From assembly GCA_029559475.1 (NCBI GenBank), contig JAKQBN010000030.1, forward strand, positions 10,756-74,755: a stretch of 64,000 bases of DNA, written 5' to 3'. The position numbers and the translations under genes were made by a program. The notes beneath the pieces are model-generated. The model worked only from the letters and a program-made list of their open reading frames with translations, was not told where the DNA came from and did no database searches. This document shows, one piece after another, positions 1 to 8,417 of this stretch. Positions within the stretch are counted from its first letter, which is position 1. Every line of letters begins with the position of its first letter. The stretch is from a bacterium. GTDB taxonomy: Bacteria > UBA4055.

Positions 1-1
1 G

Positions 2-421
2 AATCTTCTTCAGCACAGGTTCCCGATGCTGCTTGTCGACAGGCTGCTTGAACTTACTCCCAACGAAAGGGTCGTCGGTCTGAAGAACGTAACCATGAAC
101 GAAGATTTTTTCAACGGCCATTTTCCAGGAGAACCAGTGATGCCCGGCGTGCTGATAATTGAAGCTATGGGTCAGACGGGCGGTCTTCTTCTAATGAATT
201 CTATTGAAAATCCGAGCACAAAGTTAGTCTATTTCACAGGTCTTGATAATATAAAATTCAGAAGGACCGTTGTTCCAGGAGATCAGCTTATAATGCATGT
301 TGAGATCACAAGGCCCTTGTCGCACGGTATCTGTAAAATGAAAGGAATCGCTTATGTTGACGGACAGAAATGCGCAGAAGCCGAAATGACCGCGATGGTT
401 GTTGATAATAACAGAAAATAA
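2..421 (+). CDS. fabZ: 3-hydroxyacyl-ACP dehydratase FabZ (5'-truncated by window edge; possibly the C-terminal half of an LpxC-FabZ fusion)
   Basis: Frame is open from position 2 ([14 protein letters not shown]...). FabZ motifs HRFPMLLVD and [23 protein letters not shown]; directly upstream of lpxA. Confidence 0.93.
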   Translation, partial: NLLQHRFPMLLVDRLLELTPNERVVGLKNVTMNEDFFNGHFPGEPVMPGVLIIEAMGQTGGLLLMNSIENPSTKLVYFTGLDNIKFRRTVVPGDQLIMHVEITRPLSHGICKMKGIAYVDGQKCAEAEMTAMVVDNNRK

Positions 422-438
422 AAATTCAAGGATATTTT

Positions 439-1206
439 ATGATCCACAACACTGCAATAGTTTCATCTAAAGCCGAGATTGGCAACAATGTCGAAATAGG
501 ACCTTTTACGATCATCGAAGAAAAAGTTAAAATCGGCGACAACTGCAAGATCGGAGCTCATGTAACTCTTGCATCCGGAACAGTGCTGGCCAACGATGTT
601 AAGGTCTTCAACGGCGCTGTTCTTGGAACCGTGCCTCAGGATCTCAAGTTCTCAGGTGAAGACACCACACTTGAAATAGGGGAAAGAACAGTTATCAGGG
701 AATACGCGTTTCTTAACCGGGGAACTAAATACAGCTATAAAACTGTTGTGGGTAAAGACTGTTTTATTATGGCTTTCGTTCATATTGCGCACGACTGTGT
801 AGTCGGGGACGGCTGCATACTAGCAAACGGAACTCAGATAGCCGGACACTGCAGCGTTGATAAAAACACTATCCTGAGTGGACATGTTCTCATTCACCAG
901 TTCACTCAGGTGGGATCATACTGCATGGTAGAAGGCGGAGCGAAGATCAAAAGGGACATTCCGCCCTATTTAATGATAGCAGGAGAACCCGCAAGATTCT
1001 CGGGACTGAATAAAGTGGGTTTAAAAAGAAGAGGTTACACCGAAGAGGACATTCAGAAGCTGTCGGATGCCTACAGAACAATTTACAGAAGCGGAATAAC
1101 AACTGTTGAGTCTATTGAATTGCTCGAAAGAAATTTTTCCGGTGATAAACAGATAGCGCTGATCACGGAATTTTTAAAAAGATCCAAGCGCGGTATTGTA
1201 AGATAA
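439..1206 (+). CDS. lpxA: UDP-N-acetylglucosamine acyltransferase LpxA
   Basis: Hexapeptide repeats, PQDLKF, HIAHDC and GLNKVGLKRRG motifs; follows fabZ. Confidence 0.96.
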   Translation: MIHNTAIVSSKAEIGNNVEIGPFTIIEEKVKIGDNCKIGAHVTLASGTVLANDVKVFNGAVLGTVPQDLKFSGEDTTLEIGERTVIREYAFLNRGTKYSYKTVVGKDCFIMAFVHIAHDCVVGDGCILANGTQIAGHCSVDKNTILSGHVLIHQFTQVGSYCMVEGGAKIKRDIPPYLMIAGEPARFSGLNKVGLKRRGYTEEDIQKLSDAYRTIYRSGITTVESIELLERNFSGDKQIALITEFLKRSKRGIVR

Positions 1207-2015
1207 TGTCTTTAAAAGGGATTAGATTTATAGATACCGGGTCTAATCACGGCCGTTTCAACATGGCAGCTGATTATTATACAGCAAGATACCTTCTTGA
1301 CAAACCTGCATTCAGGGTTTACCGCTGGGTTCCGTACTGCGTATCGCTCGGTTATCATCAGAAACTGGAAGAGATCGATACAGAATTGTGTAAGGAACGC
1401 GGATTCGATATTGTGAGAAGGGAGACTGGCGGAAGAGCCGTATTTCATTCAGAAGAACTTACTTATTCGATGATAATCCCTAAAGAATCGGAATTTTATT
1501 CAGATTCTATTCTCGATGTATATAACAGGATCAGCAACGTACTCGTAAAAGCTCTCCAGGCGTCCGGAATAAAAGATGCGGATCTGAAAAAAGGAAAAGC
1601 GCCGGATTTTAAAGAACTTTACAAAGAAAAACTTTCATCGGTGTGCTTCTCCTCTACATCAACCTATGAAGTTGTTATCGGCGATAAAAAACTTGTCGGA
1701 AGCGCTCAGAAAAGACTTAAGGAATCTGTGCTTCAGCACGGCTCAATACTTGTCGGAGATAAACATCTTGAACTGATCAATCTTTTGAATATTGAAGAAA
1801 GGCTGAAAAGTAGATTTACACAAATCACAAAAAGCAAGACCGCTTCTGTTACTGATGTAATCAATATTAAAGATCATGAAACATTTTACTATGACTTGAA
1901 AAAAGAATTACGCAAAGCACTTGAAGATGAATTCGGAGAAAACATCGAAAATTACAGCTTCTCAGAAAAAGATTTACTTGAAATTAATAAGATTGAGAGT
2001 TATTTTAACCTTTAA
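1206..2015 (+). CDS. Lipoate-protein ligase A / octanoyltransferase (LipM-like) family protein
   Basis: NMAAD, SLGYHQ, VRRETGGRAVFH and KKLVGSAQ...LQHGSI motifs of the BPL/LplA family. Confidence 0.88.
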   Translation: MSLKGIRFIDTGSNHGRFNMAADYYTARYLLDKPAFRVYRWVPYCVSLGYHQKLEEIDTELCKERGFDIVRRETGGRAVFHSEELTYSMIIPKESEFYSDSILDVYNRISNVLVKALQASGIKDADLKKGKAPDFKELYKEKLSSVCFSSTSTYEVVIGDKKLVGSAQKRLKESVLQHGSILVGDKHLELINLLNIEERLKSRFTQITKSKTASVTDVINIKDHETFYYDLKKELRKALEDEFGENIENYSFSEKDLLEINKIESYFNL

Positions 2016-2038
2016 GAATTTTCAAAAAAGGAGACAAA

Positions 2039-2806
2039 ATGAAAAAAATAATTATAGCATCCATTCTTACGCTGATTTATCAGGCTTATGCTCTTTTCGG
2101 AATCGGCGGTCATATCGGAATAGATGACACTAATGTCAGCGGAAAAACAGTTGACGCATATTCGATAACAATGTCTGGGTACGATTACTCATATAGTCTG
2201 TCTAGGGACGGTATAAAAGCTCCGTTAACATTCGGCGCTCAGATGTATTTCGACATTCCCATAATCCCGATTGGTTTTGAAGCTGATTTTGAAGGCGTAT
2301 GGGCATCATATTCGTGGAAAGGTGCGAATAAACTTACCGGACCGGGTGGAAATGATATAGAATTAAGATTCACCGGTTATGATTATCCTGTTTCAGAATA
2401 TAAAGAAGAATTCGATTTCGTTAAACTCGGAGTTGACGTTACAGGCAAATGGTATATATTTTCTTTGCCACCTGTGGTTAACACTTTTAAATTCTATGTA
2501 GGCGGAGGTGTCGGTTTTTATTTCATTACTCCGATAGTTACAGAAAAACTTATTAAAACCGAGCTTGAGAAAAATTATGCCGATCACCTACCGTCAAATG
2601 ATCAGATATCATTCGATGTCGATGAATATATCGAAAAAGTTTCCGTATTCGGATATCACGCAGTTGCCGGTGTCCAGCTTAAAATCCCTGCACTGCCTGT
2701 AGCTTTCAATGTCGATTATAAATACGTATCGACCCCGGAGAACGATTACGGCGATGCTACGAACGAATTCAGCATAATCAAAGGAAGCTTAAGCTTTTAT
2801 TTATAA
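2039..2806 (+). CDS. Secreted/outer-membrane beta-barrel-like protein
   Basis: Signal peptide, alternating amphipathic strands, aromatic C-terminus (SFYL); SD GGAG upstream. Confidence 0.6.
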   Translation: MKKIIIASILTLIYQAYALFGIGGHIGIDDTNVSGKTVDAYSITMSGYDYSYSLSRDGIKAPLTFGAQMYFDIPIIPIGFEADFEGVWASYSWKGANKLTGPGGNDIELRFTGYDYPVSEYKEEFDFVKLGVDVTGKWYIFSLPPVVNTFKFYVGGGVGFYFITPIVTEKLIKTELEKNYADHLPSNDQISFDVDEYIEKVSVFGYHAVAGVQLKIPALPVAFNVDYKYVSTPENDYGDATNEFSIIKGSLSFYL

Positions 2807-2817
2807 TTATCGTTAAA

Positions 2818-3804
2818 TTAATCGTTCAACAATAGCACCATCAGCTCGGAAAAACTGATCCCGCTTGCTTTGGCTGACTCGGGCACAAGCGACAGCTCGG
2901 TCATTCCCGGCAGATTGTTTATTTCGAGGAAGTAGAATTTTCCGTCCTTTTCTGACAAAATGAAATCTATCCTAGCGTAATCTTTGCACCCTACCGCGGT
3001 ATATATTTTCTCCGCATAAGAATTAAGAATTTTAACCTGCTTATCAGTCAGTTCCGCAGGGCATACGTGGGTTGTTACGCCCGGAGTATATTTATGCTCG
3101 TAATCATAGAATCCTTCGTTCGGGATAAGCTCGATAGAGTGGAACGCATGCCCTTTTATCACAGGTATGGAAAGCTCTCTTCCATTTATATATTCTTCGA
3201 TAAAATATCTGTCTTTGACCTGTTTCATCATTTTTACTGTCGTTTCAAGATCTTTTTCAGAATGAATGATCGATACTCCAACCGAAGAACCCTGACCGAG
3301 CGCTTTGATGACAACCGGATAGCCATATGGTTTTAAAAGTTTTTTTAAAGCAGTAATACTATAATCTTTTTCAGAAATAAATTCCCATTTCGCCGTGGGG
3401 ACACTGACGCTTTTAGCAATTACTTTGGACATGTTCTTGTCCATGCATACCGCGCTTGTCTTATGGTCCGATCCGACATAAGGTATCTGAAGAAGTTGCA
3501 AAAGCGCCTGAATTTCGCCGTTCTCTCCTTCACCGCCGTGGAGGCCGACAAATACTTTATCAGGTTTAAGTTTTACAAGCTGTTTTGAAAGCTCGAGAAC
3601 ATTTTCCGGGGTATTTTTCACATCGCCTTTTTCAGCATATTTAAAATTTTTATCCGCAGTGTAAACTTCTTTCGGAAATGCGGTATCCATAAAAAAGCTT
3701 TCATATCCGGCGATGAAAATTCCTCTGGCTACGGCCTGACCTGTTTTTAAGCTGATCTCCCTTTCTGTTGAAAAGCCGCCGCATATTGTTAAGATCTTTT
3801 TCAT
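2818..3804 (-). CDS. ddl: D-alanine--D-alanine ligase
   Basis: GGFSTEREIS, LHGGEGENG, GSSVGV, FYDYEHKY and LEINNLPGMT motifs. Confidence 0.95.
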   Translation of the reverse strand: MKKILTICGGFSTEREISLKTGQAVARGIFIAGYESFFMDTAFPKEVYTADKNFKYAEKGDVKNTPENVLELSKQLVKLKPDKVFVGLHGGEGENGEIQALLQLLQIPYVGSDHKTSAVCMDKNMSKVIAKSVSVPTAKWEFISEKDYSITALKKLLKPYGYPVVIKALGQGSSVGVSIIHSEKDLETTVKMMKQVKDRYFIEEYINGRELSIPVIKGHAFHSIELIPNEGFYDYEHKYTPGVTTHVCPAELTDKQVKILNSYAEKIYTAVGCKDYARIDFILSEKDGKFYFLEINNLPGMTELSLVPESAKASGISFSELMVLLLND

Positions 3805-3935
3805 AAACTTCCCTTGTTTAATTTTGAAGAATTATAACGAAAATACCTGGTAAATAAAACAAAAATTAAATAAATTTCCCTTTTCATTTTCTGATAAAAT
3901 GTCCTATTTTGAACAACAACAAAGACGGGAGCATT

Positions 3936-6242
3936 ATGAAATACTTATCGGTCCTTGTCACCCTTCTTACGTCAATCCTTATTTCCGGCGAATTGACATT
4001 CACTTATGAATTCGAAAAACCTTACGTTGCTGATAATAAAGTATTCATGTCTGGATGCGACCGTTCCATAATCGCTTTTTCACCTGCTCTTGTTTTAAAA
4101 CAGGTCAGACTTCTGCTTCCTGACGGAGAAAAAGCTGTTTCGTATGAAATCGAATATGGAAAGCCTGTTACTCTTGAAGGGACTTTTGACATTTCGCCGG
4201 TAGAGGCTTCGGGCAGACTCTCAGTCGAACCTCCTTCTAATATTAAAGGAAATAGATCTGAAGTATATTCGAAAGATGAATTTTATCCTGTAAAATTGAA
4301 CTCGGAAAGGTTCTTCACTCAGTATAAGAACGGGCATCCGGTATTTATGACAATATTAAATCCCGTTCAATACAATCCTATTTCAAAAAATCTCAGATAT
4401 TTTCCAAATATGACGATTCATATAAGCACCATATCAGATTCAAAGTCTTTGAAGATGAAGAAGAACACCTCCCAAATCCAGACCGCTTTAAAAAAACTGG
4501 TCGATAATCCTGATGATGTAATATTTTCAGATTATGACGATAAAGTAAAATCGGGTTACGATTATCTTTTAATCACTCCCTCATCTTATATTTCCGATTT
4601 CACAAACTTTGTAAGCTTCAATCAGAGAAGGGGACTTGCTACGTCCGTAAAATCTGTCGAAACTATCTATTCAGAAATGTCAGGCACTGACAATCAGGAA
4701 AAGATCAGGAACTATATAATTCAGGAATATACTAACAACAGTATTTCTTATGTTCTGCTTGGTGGAGATAATGAACTCATACCCTGCAGAGGATTTAGAG
4801 CAGAAATAATGGATTACGGTACAGATTACTACGATGAAACAAATATTCCTGCAGATATGTATTACGGATGTCTTGACGGGACATGGAAAACAGGCTCAAG
4901 CAGCTATTATGGTGAATCAGGCAGCGAAGATCTTTTGTGGGAGGTATATGTTTCCAGGTTCGCTGTTGACAGCAGGACCGAAGTTAATAATCTTATCCAG
5001 AAAACGATTGAATATTCCGAGCAGCCGATCGCGGGAAAAACCGCAAAAAATCTGCTGGTCGGCGAACTTCTCTGGAGTGCAGATCCTGATCTTGGATGGG
5101 TGGATTCTTACGGAGGCGACTGTATGGACGAGTTTCTGGGAACATGCACGAATAACAGTTATTCCACAACAGGTTTTTCTAATTCATGGCTGACATCAAA
5201 AGTCTATGAAAGGGATCTCGGTTCATGGACTAAAACAACTTTGATAAATAAGATCAAGAATGATGATGTTACATGGATCGATCATCTTGGACATTCAAGT
5301 AATACCTACAATATGAAACTCTACAATACGGATATTACTACGACAAATTTCAACAATGACGGATCATCCGCAGCGGCTTTCATTCTTTATTCGCAAGGCT
5401 GCTATTCGGGATCTTTTGATAACAGAGATCACTACGGAAGTTATATTACAACGGACTGTATTGGAGAAGCTTTCACTACATTGTCTAACGGCGCAGTGGC
5501 TTATATCGGTAATTCCAGATATGGGCTTGGGTCTCCTTTCAATACTGACGGTTCAGGCCAGAGATTCCACAGATATTTTCACCACGCCGCGTTCAGTCAG
5601 GGAATTAATAATCTCGAGAAAATGAACGCCTATTCAAAAGAGGTTAACGCAGCTTTGATACTCGAGGATGATATAAATGTCGGACCTTATTTCGGCCAAT
5701 GCAAATGGATAGCTTACACCGTGAACGCCCTGGGTGATCCTGCACTGGATATCTGGACAGCTGAACCACAGAGTATTACCGCATCTGTTTCTGATTCAGT
5801 TGGACCGGGAGGTTCAAGCGTAGAAATGCTTGTTGATACGGATGTGCCTGGAGCAACTGTAGCGGTCTTTTTCGAAGGTTCATATCTTTACGCTCTTACT
5901 GCAGATTCAAACGGCAACGCTATGCATTCTGTTGATCCTACAGCTGGAACCCTTGAATACTATGTTACTAAACATAATCATTTCCAAGAATATTTAACTT
6001 TCGAAGTTGTTCCACCGCTAGATTCTCCGTTAAATGTAGTAACTTCTGTATCATCAGGCTTGCTAACTATAAACTGGAATGCCGTATCAGGCGCTAATTC
6101 CTATAGGATATACAGCGCTGACGAACCTTATGGAAATTATACACATCTGATAACGGTCGGAACTAACTCCTGGAGCACTTCAGCTGCTGTAGTAGCAAAA
6201 AAGTTCTATTATGTTATAGCTGACAGCGAACAAATAAAATAG
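3936..6242 (+). CDS. Peptidase C25 (gingipain-like) cysteine protease with propeptide and C-terminal FN3-like domain
   Basis: Signal peptide from ATG 3936 (GGGAG SD; the ORF track starts at TTG 3909). YVLLGGD, ADMYY, catalytic-type DHLGHS and YSQGCYSG, LGDP motifs. Confidence 0.88.
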   Translation: MKYLSVLVTLLTSILISGELTFTYEFEKPYVADNKVFMSGCDRSIIAFSPALVLKQVRLLLPDGEKAVSYEIEYGKPVTLEGTFDISPVEASGRLSVEPPSNIKGNRSEVYSKDEFYPVKLNSERFFTQYKNGHPVFMTILNPVQYNPISKNLRYFPNMTIHISTISDSKSLKMKKNTSQIQTALKKLVDNPDDVIFSDYDDKVKSGYDYLLITPSSYISDFTNFVSFNQRRGLATSVKSVETIYSEMSGTDNQEKIRNYIIQEYTNNSISYVLLGGDNELIPCRGFRAEIMDYGTDYYDETNIPADMYYGCLDGTWKTGSSSYYGESGSEDLLWEVYVSRFAVDSRTEVNNLIQKTIEYSEQPIAGKTAKNLLVGELLWSADPDLGWVDSYGGDCMDEFLGTCTNNSYSTTGFSNSWLTSKVYERDLGSWTKTTLINKIKNDDVTWIDHLGHSSNTYNMKLYNTDITTTNFNNDGSSAAAFILYSQGCYSGSFDNRDHYGSYITTDCIGEAFTTLSNGAVAYIGNSRYGLGSPFNTDGSGQRFHRYFHHAAFSQGINNLEKMNAYSKEVNAALILEDDINVGPYFGQCKWIAYTVNALGDPALDIWTAEPQSITASVSDSVGPGGSSVEMLVDTDVPGATVAVFFEGSYLYALTADSNGNAMHSVDPTAGTLEYYVTKHNHFQEYLTFEVVPPLDSPLNVVTSVSSGLLTINWNAVSGANSYRIYSADEPYGNYTHLITVGTNSWSTSAAVVAKKFYYVIADSEQIK

Positions 6243-6301
6243 AAAATATTCAGCCATTAAGTTTATCGAAATATCTAAATACCTGAAAAGAAAATAAATT
6301 A

Positions 6302-6330
6302 TTGAAAGAAGCGGATATTTATCATATATT
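6302..6330 (+). promoter_or_regulatory. sigma70-type promoter of hemW (probably leaderless transcript)
   Basis: TTGAAA-N17-TATATT; ATG is 8 nt downstream and there is no SD. Confidence 0.65.
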
Positions 6331-6338
6331 TATCCGCC

Positions 6339-7457
6339 ATGAAAACAGAACACGTATATATTCACTTCCCCTTCTGCGTATCAAAATGCCCGTACTGCGA
6401 TTTCTTTTCCATTCCCTTTAACGATCCGGGAATTCATAAGAAATATATCGGCTATCTGCTTAAAGAGGTCGCCAATTATAATGAAATAACAGGACATCTA
6501 AAAAGCCTGTACATCGGAGGCGGTACTCCTTCGCTTATGCACCCGGATCTATTAGAAAAGATACTCAGCAGTTTCAGTTTTTATCCTGAATGCGAAGTCA
6601 CGATCGAAGTAAATCCGGCAACAGCTGACTTTAATAAATTAAGATCCTTTAAAGATCTCGGAGCGAACAGGATCTCTATCGGAACGCAGTCTTTTATTTC
6701 GTCCGATCTTAAAACGCTAGGAAGATCCCACGATGCAAATGATATTTACGAATGTTATGAAAACGCTAGAAAAGCCGGTTTTGAAAATATCAGCATTGAC
6801 CTGATTATCGGAATTCCCGGCCAGACTCCTGCTTCCGTTCAGTTTAACGCTACTGAGGCTGTGAACATTGCTCCGGAACATATTTCAACCTATATACTGA
6901 CATTTTACGACCATACGCCATTTTACAAAAAACTTGAAAGAGCTGAGATATTCAAGCATGATGACGACACGGAAATGGATTTTTTTGACCTTACTTCAGA
7001 GATATTAGAAAAATACTGTTATAAAAAGTACGAGATATCGAATTACTCGAAACCGGGAAAAGAATCGATCCACAATTCAAATACATGGAACTTCGGCAGC
7101 TATCTTGGCCTGGGAGCGGCCGCGCACTCTTTTTTTGGCAAAACGAGATGGGAAAATCCCAGATCGATCGAAAACTGGTATTACTCTGTTGTTAATTGCC
7201 GTAAAGCCTACAAAGAAACACAGTCAGACACTGTGTCATTAAAAAATGAATTCATAATGCTGGGGCTAAGAAGAACAGACGGTCTGAATACAGGATATTA
7301 CAGAGCCTTTTTCGGATCGGACATCATGGAAGATTATAAAGTCAGCTTAAACAAGTATCTCAATAACAAAATTCTCGTTAAAAACGGTGAATGTATCAGG
7401 TTCGATCAGAAAAAGATCGGGATCTTCAATTCTGTGGTTTCAGATATAATTCTTTAG
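6339..7457 (+). CDS. hemW: Radical SAM heme chaperone HemW (HemN-like)
   Basis: YIHFPFCVSKCPYCDF, YIGGGTPS, YEISNYS...HNSNTW and YLGLGAAAHS motifs. Confidence 0.9.
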   Translation: MKTEHVYIHFPFCVSKCPYCDFFSIPFNDPGIHKKYIGYLLKEVANYNEITGHLKSLYIGGGTPSLMHPDLLEKILSSFSFYPECEVTIEVNPATADFNKLRSFKDLGANRISIGTQSFISSDLKTLGRSHDANDIYECYENARKAGFENISIDLIIGIPGQTPASVQFNATEAVNIAPEHISTYILTFYDHTPFYKKLERAEIFKHDDDTEMDFFDLTSEILEKYCYKKYEISNYSKPGKESIHNSNTWNFGSYLGLGAAAHSFFGKTRWENPRSIENWYYSVVNCRKAYKETQSDTVSLKNEFIMLGLRRTDGLNTGYYRAFFGSDIMEDYKVSLNKYLNNKILVKNGECIRFDQKKIGIFNSVVSDIIL

Positions 7458-7458
7458 T

Positions 7459-7761
7459 TCATACCTCAAAATCAATAATAGCTTTATCTTCGATCACGCT
7501 CTCTATATAGGCTTTGACCTTCACGTGCTCAGGATTGTTAAGATAGTGCTCAAGATCCTTTTTGTTGCTGAACTCGGTGTAAAGTATCACATCATAAGCC
7601 TTTTCAGCGCTGGAGAAATTCATGCCTACTTCCATAGCTTTTATCTCTATAATAGTGGAAGTAAGCCTCTCGAGTCTCTTTTTAATTTCAAGAGCGTTCA
7701 TAGCGCTGTCCGCCGCACCGCGGTCTTTTTTCATTTTCCACATAACGATGTGTTTGATCAT
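7459..7761 (-). CDS. Dabb family stress-responsive alpha/beta-barrel protein
   Basis: MIKHIVMWK...Y...HxxV pattern. Start moved to ATG 7761, which has a GGAGG SD. Confidence 0.85.
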   Translation of the reverse strand: MIKHIVMWKMKKDRGAADSAMNALEIKKRLERLTSTIIEIKAMEVGMNFSSAEKAYDVILYTEFSNKKDLEHYLNNPEHVKVKAYIESVIEDKAIIDFEV

Positions 7762-7775
7762 TTCGCCTCCCTTAG

Positions 7776-8417
7776 TTACTTTCCCCTCTCGTCTCCCCAT
7801 ATCGATTTATGAAGCTGTATCTGATACCTTACTTTCAGACCGTCCTTCAATATCATTTCAGCTATATCCCTGTGTGATATTTCTGACCCTTTTACTTTTG
7901 ATACAAGCACATTGCATCTTTCCTCCAGCCTGAACCTCAGATAGTATTCCTTGAATTCATTATAATCAATAATATTCTTCAGAACAAACTTTATTTCATC
8001 TTTTTTTGAGAGATATTTTAAATTATCTTCAAGAAAACTTCCGCTCTCTCCCGATCCATTCAGTTTGATATCGACTATATTGATAATCCTATCGGGCAGA
8101 CCTGCAATGGGGATGCTTCCGTTGGTTTCGACAAGGATCGTTTTTGACTCATCTATCAGATTTACTGCTTCGATGAGCGCTTCGATTTGAAGAAGCGGTT
8201 CACCTCCGGTAAATTCAGCGAGCAATGCTTTTGAAGAATTAATTCTTTCAGCAACTTCCGCCGGGCTCATGTATGTTCCTTCGGAATAAGCGTACTTCGT
8301 ATCGCACCATTCGCATCTGAGATTGCATCCGGTCAACCTGACGAATACGCAGGGAAGTCCTGCGTATGATGACTCGCCCTGAAGCGACTCGAATATTTCA
8401 TTTACTTTAAGTATCAT
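7776..8417 (-). CDS. queE: 7-carboxy-7-deazaguanine synthase QueE-like radical SAM protein
   Basis: EIFESLQGE, FVRLTGCNLRCEWCDT, TGGEPLLQ, VETNG and QLHK motifs. Confidence 0.88.
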   Translation of the reverse strand: MILKVNEIFESLQGESSYAGLPCVFVRLTGCNLRCEWCDTKYAYSEGTYMSPAEVAERINSSKALLAEFTGGEPLLQIEALIEAVNLIDESKTILVETNGSIPIAGLPDRIINIVDIKLNGSGESGSFLEDNLKYLSKKDEIKFVLKNIIDYNEFKEYYLRFRLEERCNVLVSKVKGSEISHRDIAEMILKDGLKVRYQIQLHKSIWGDERGK

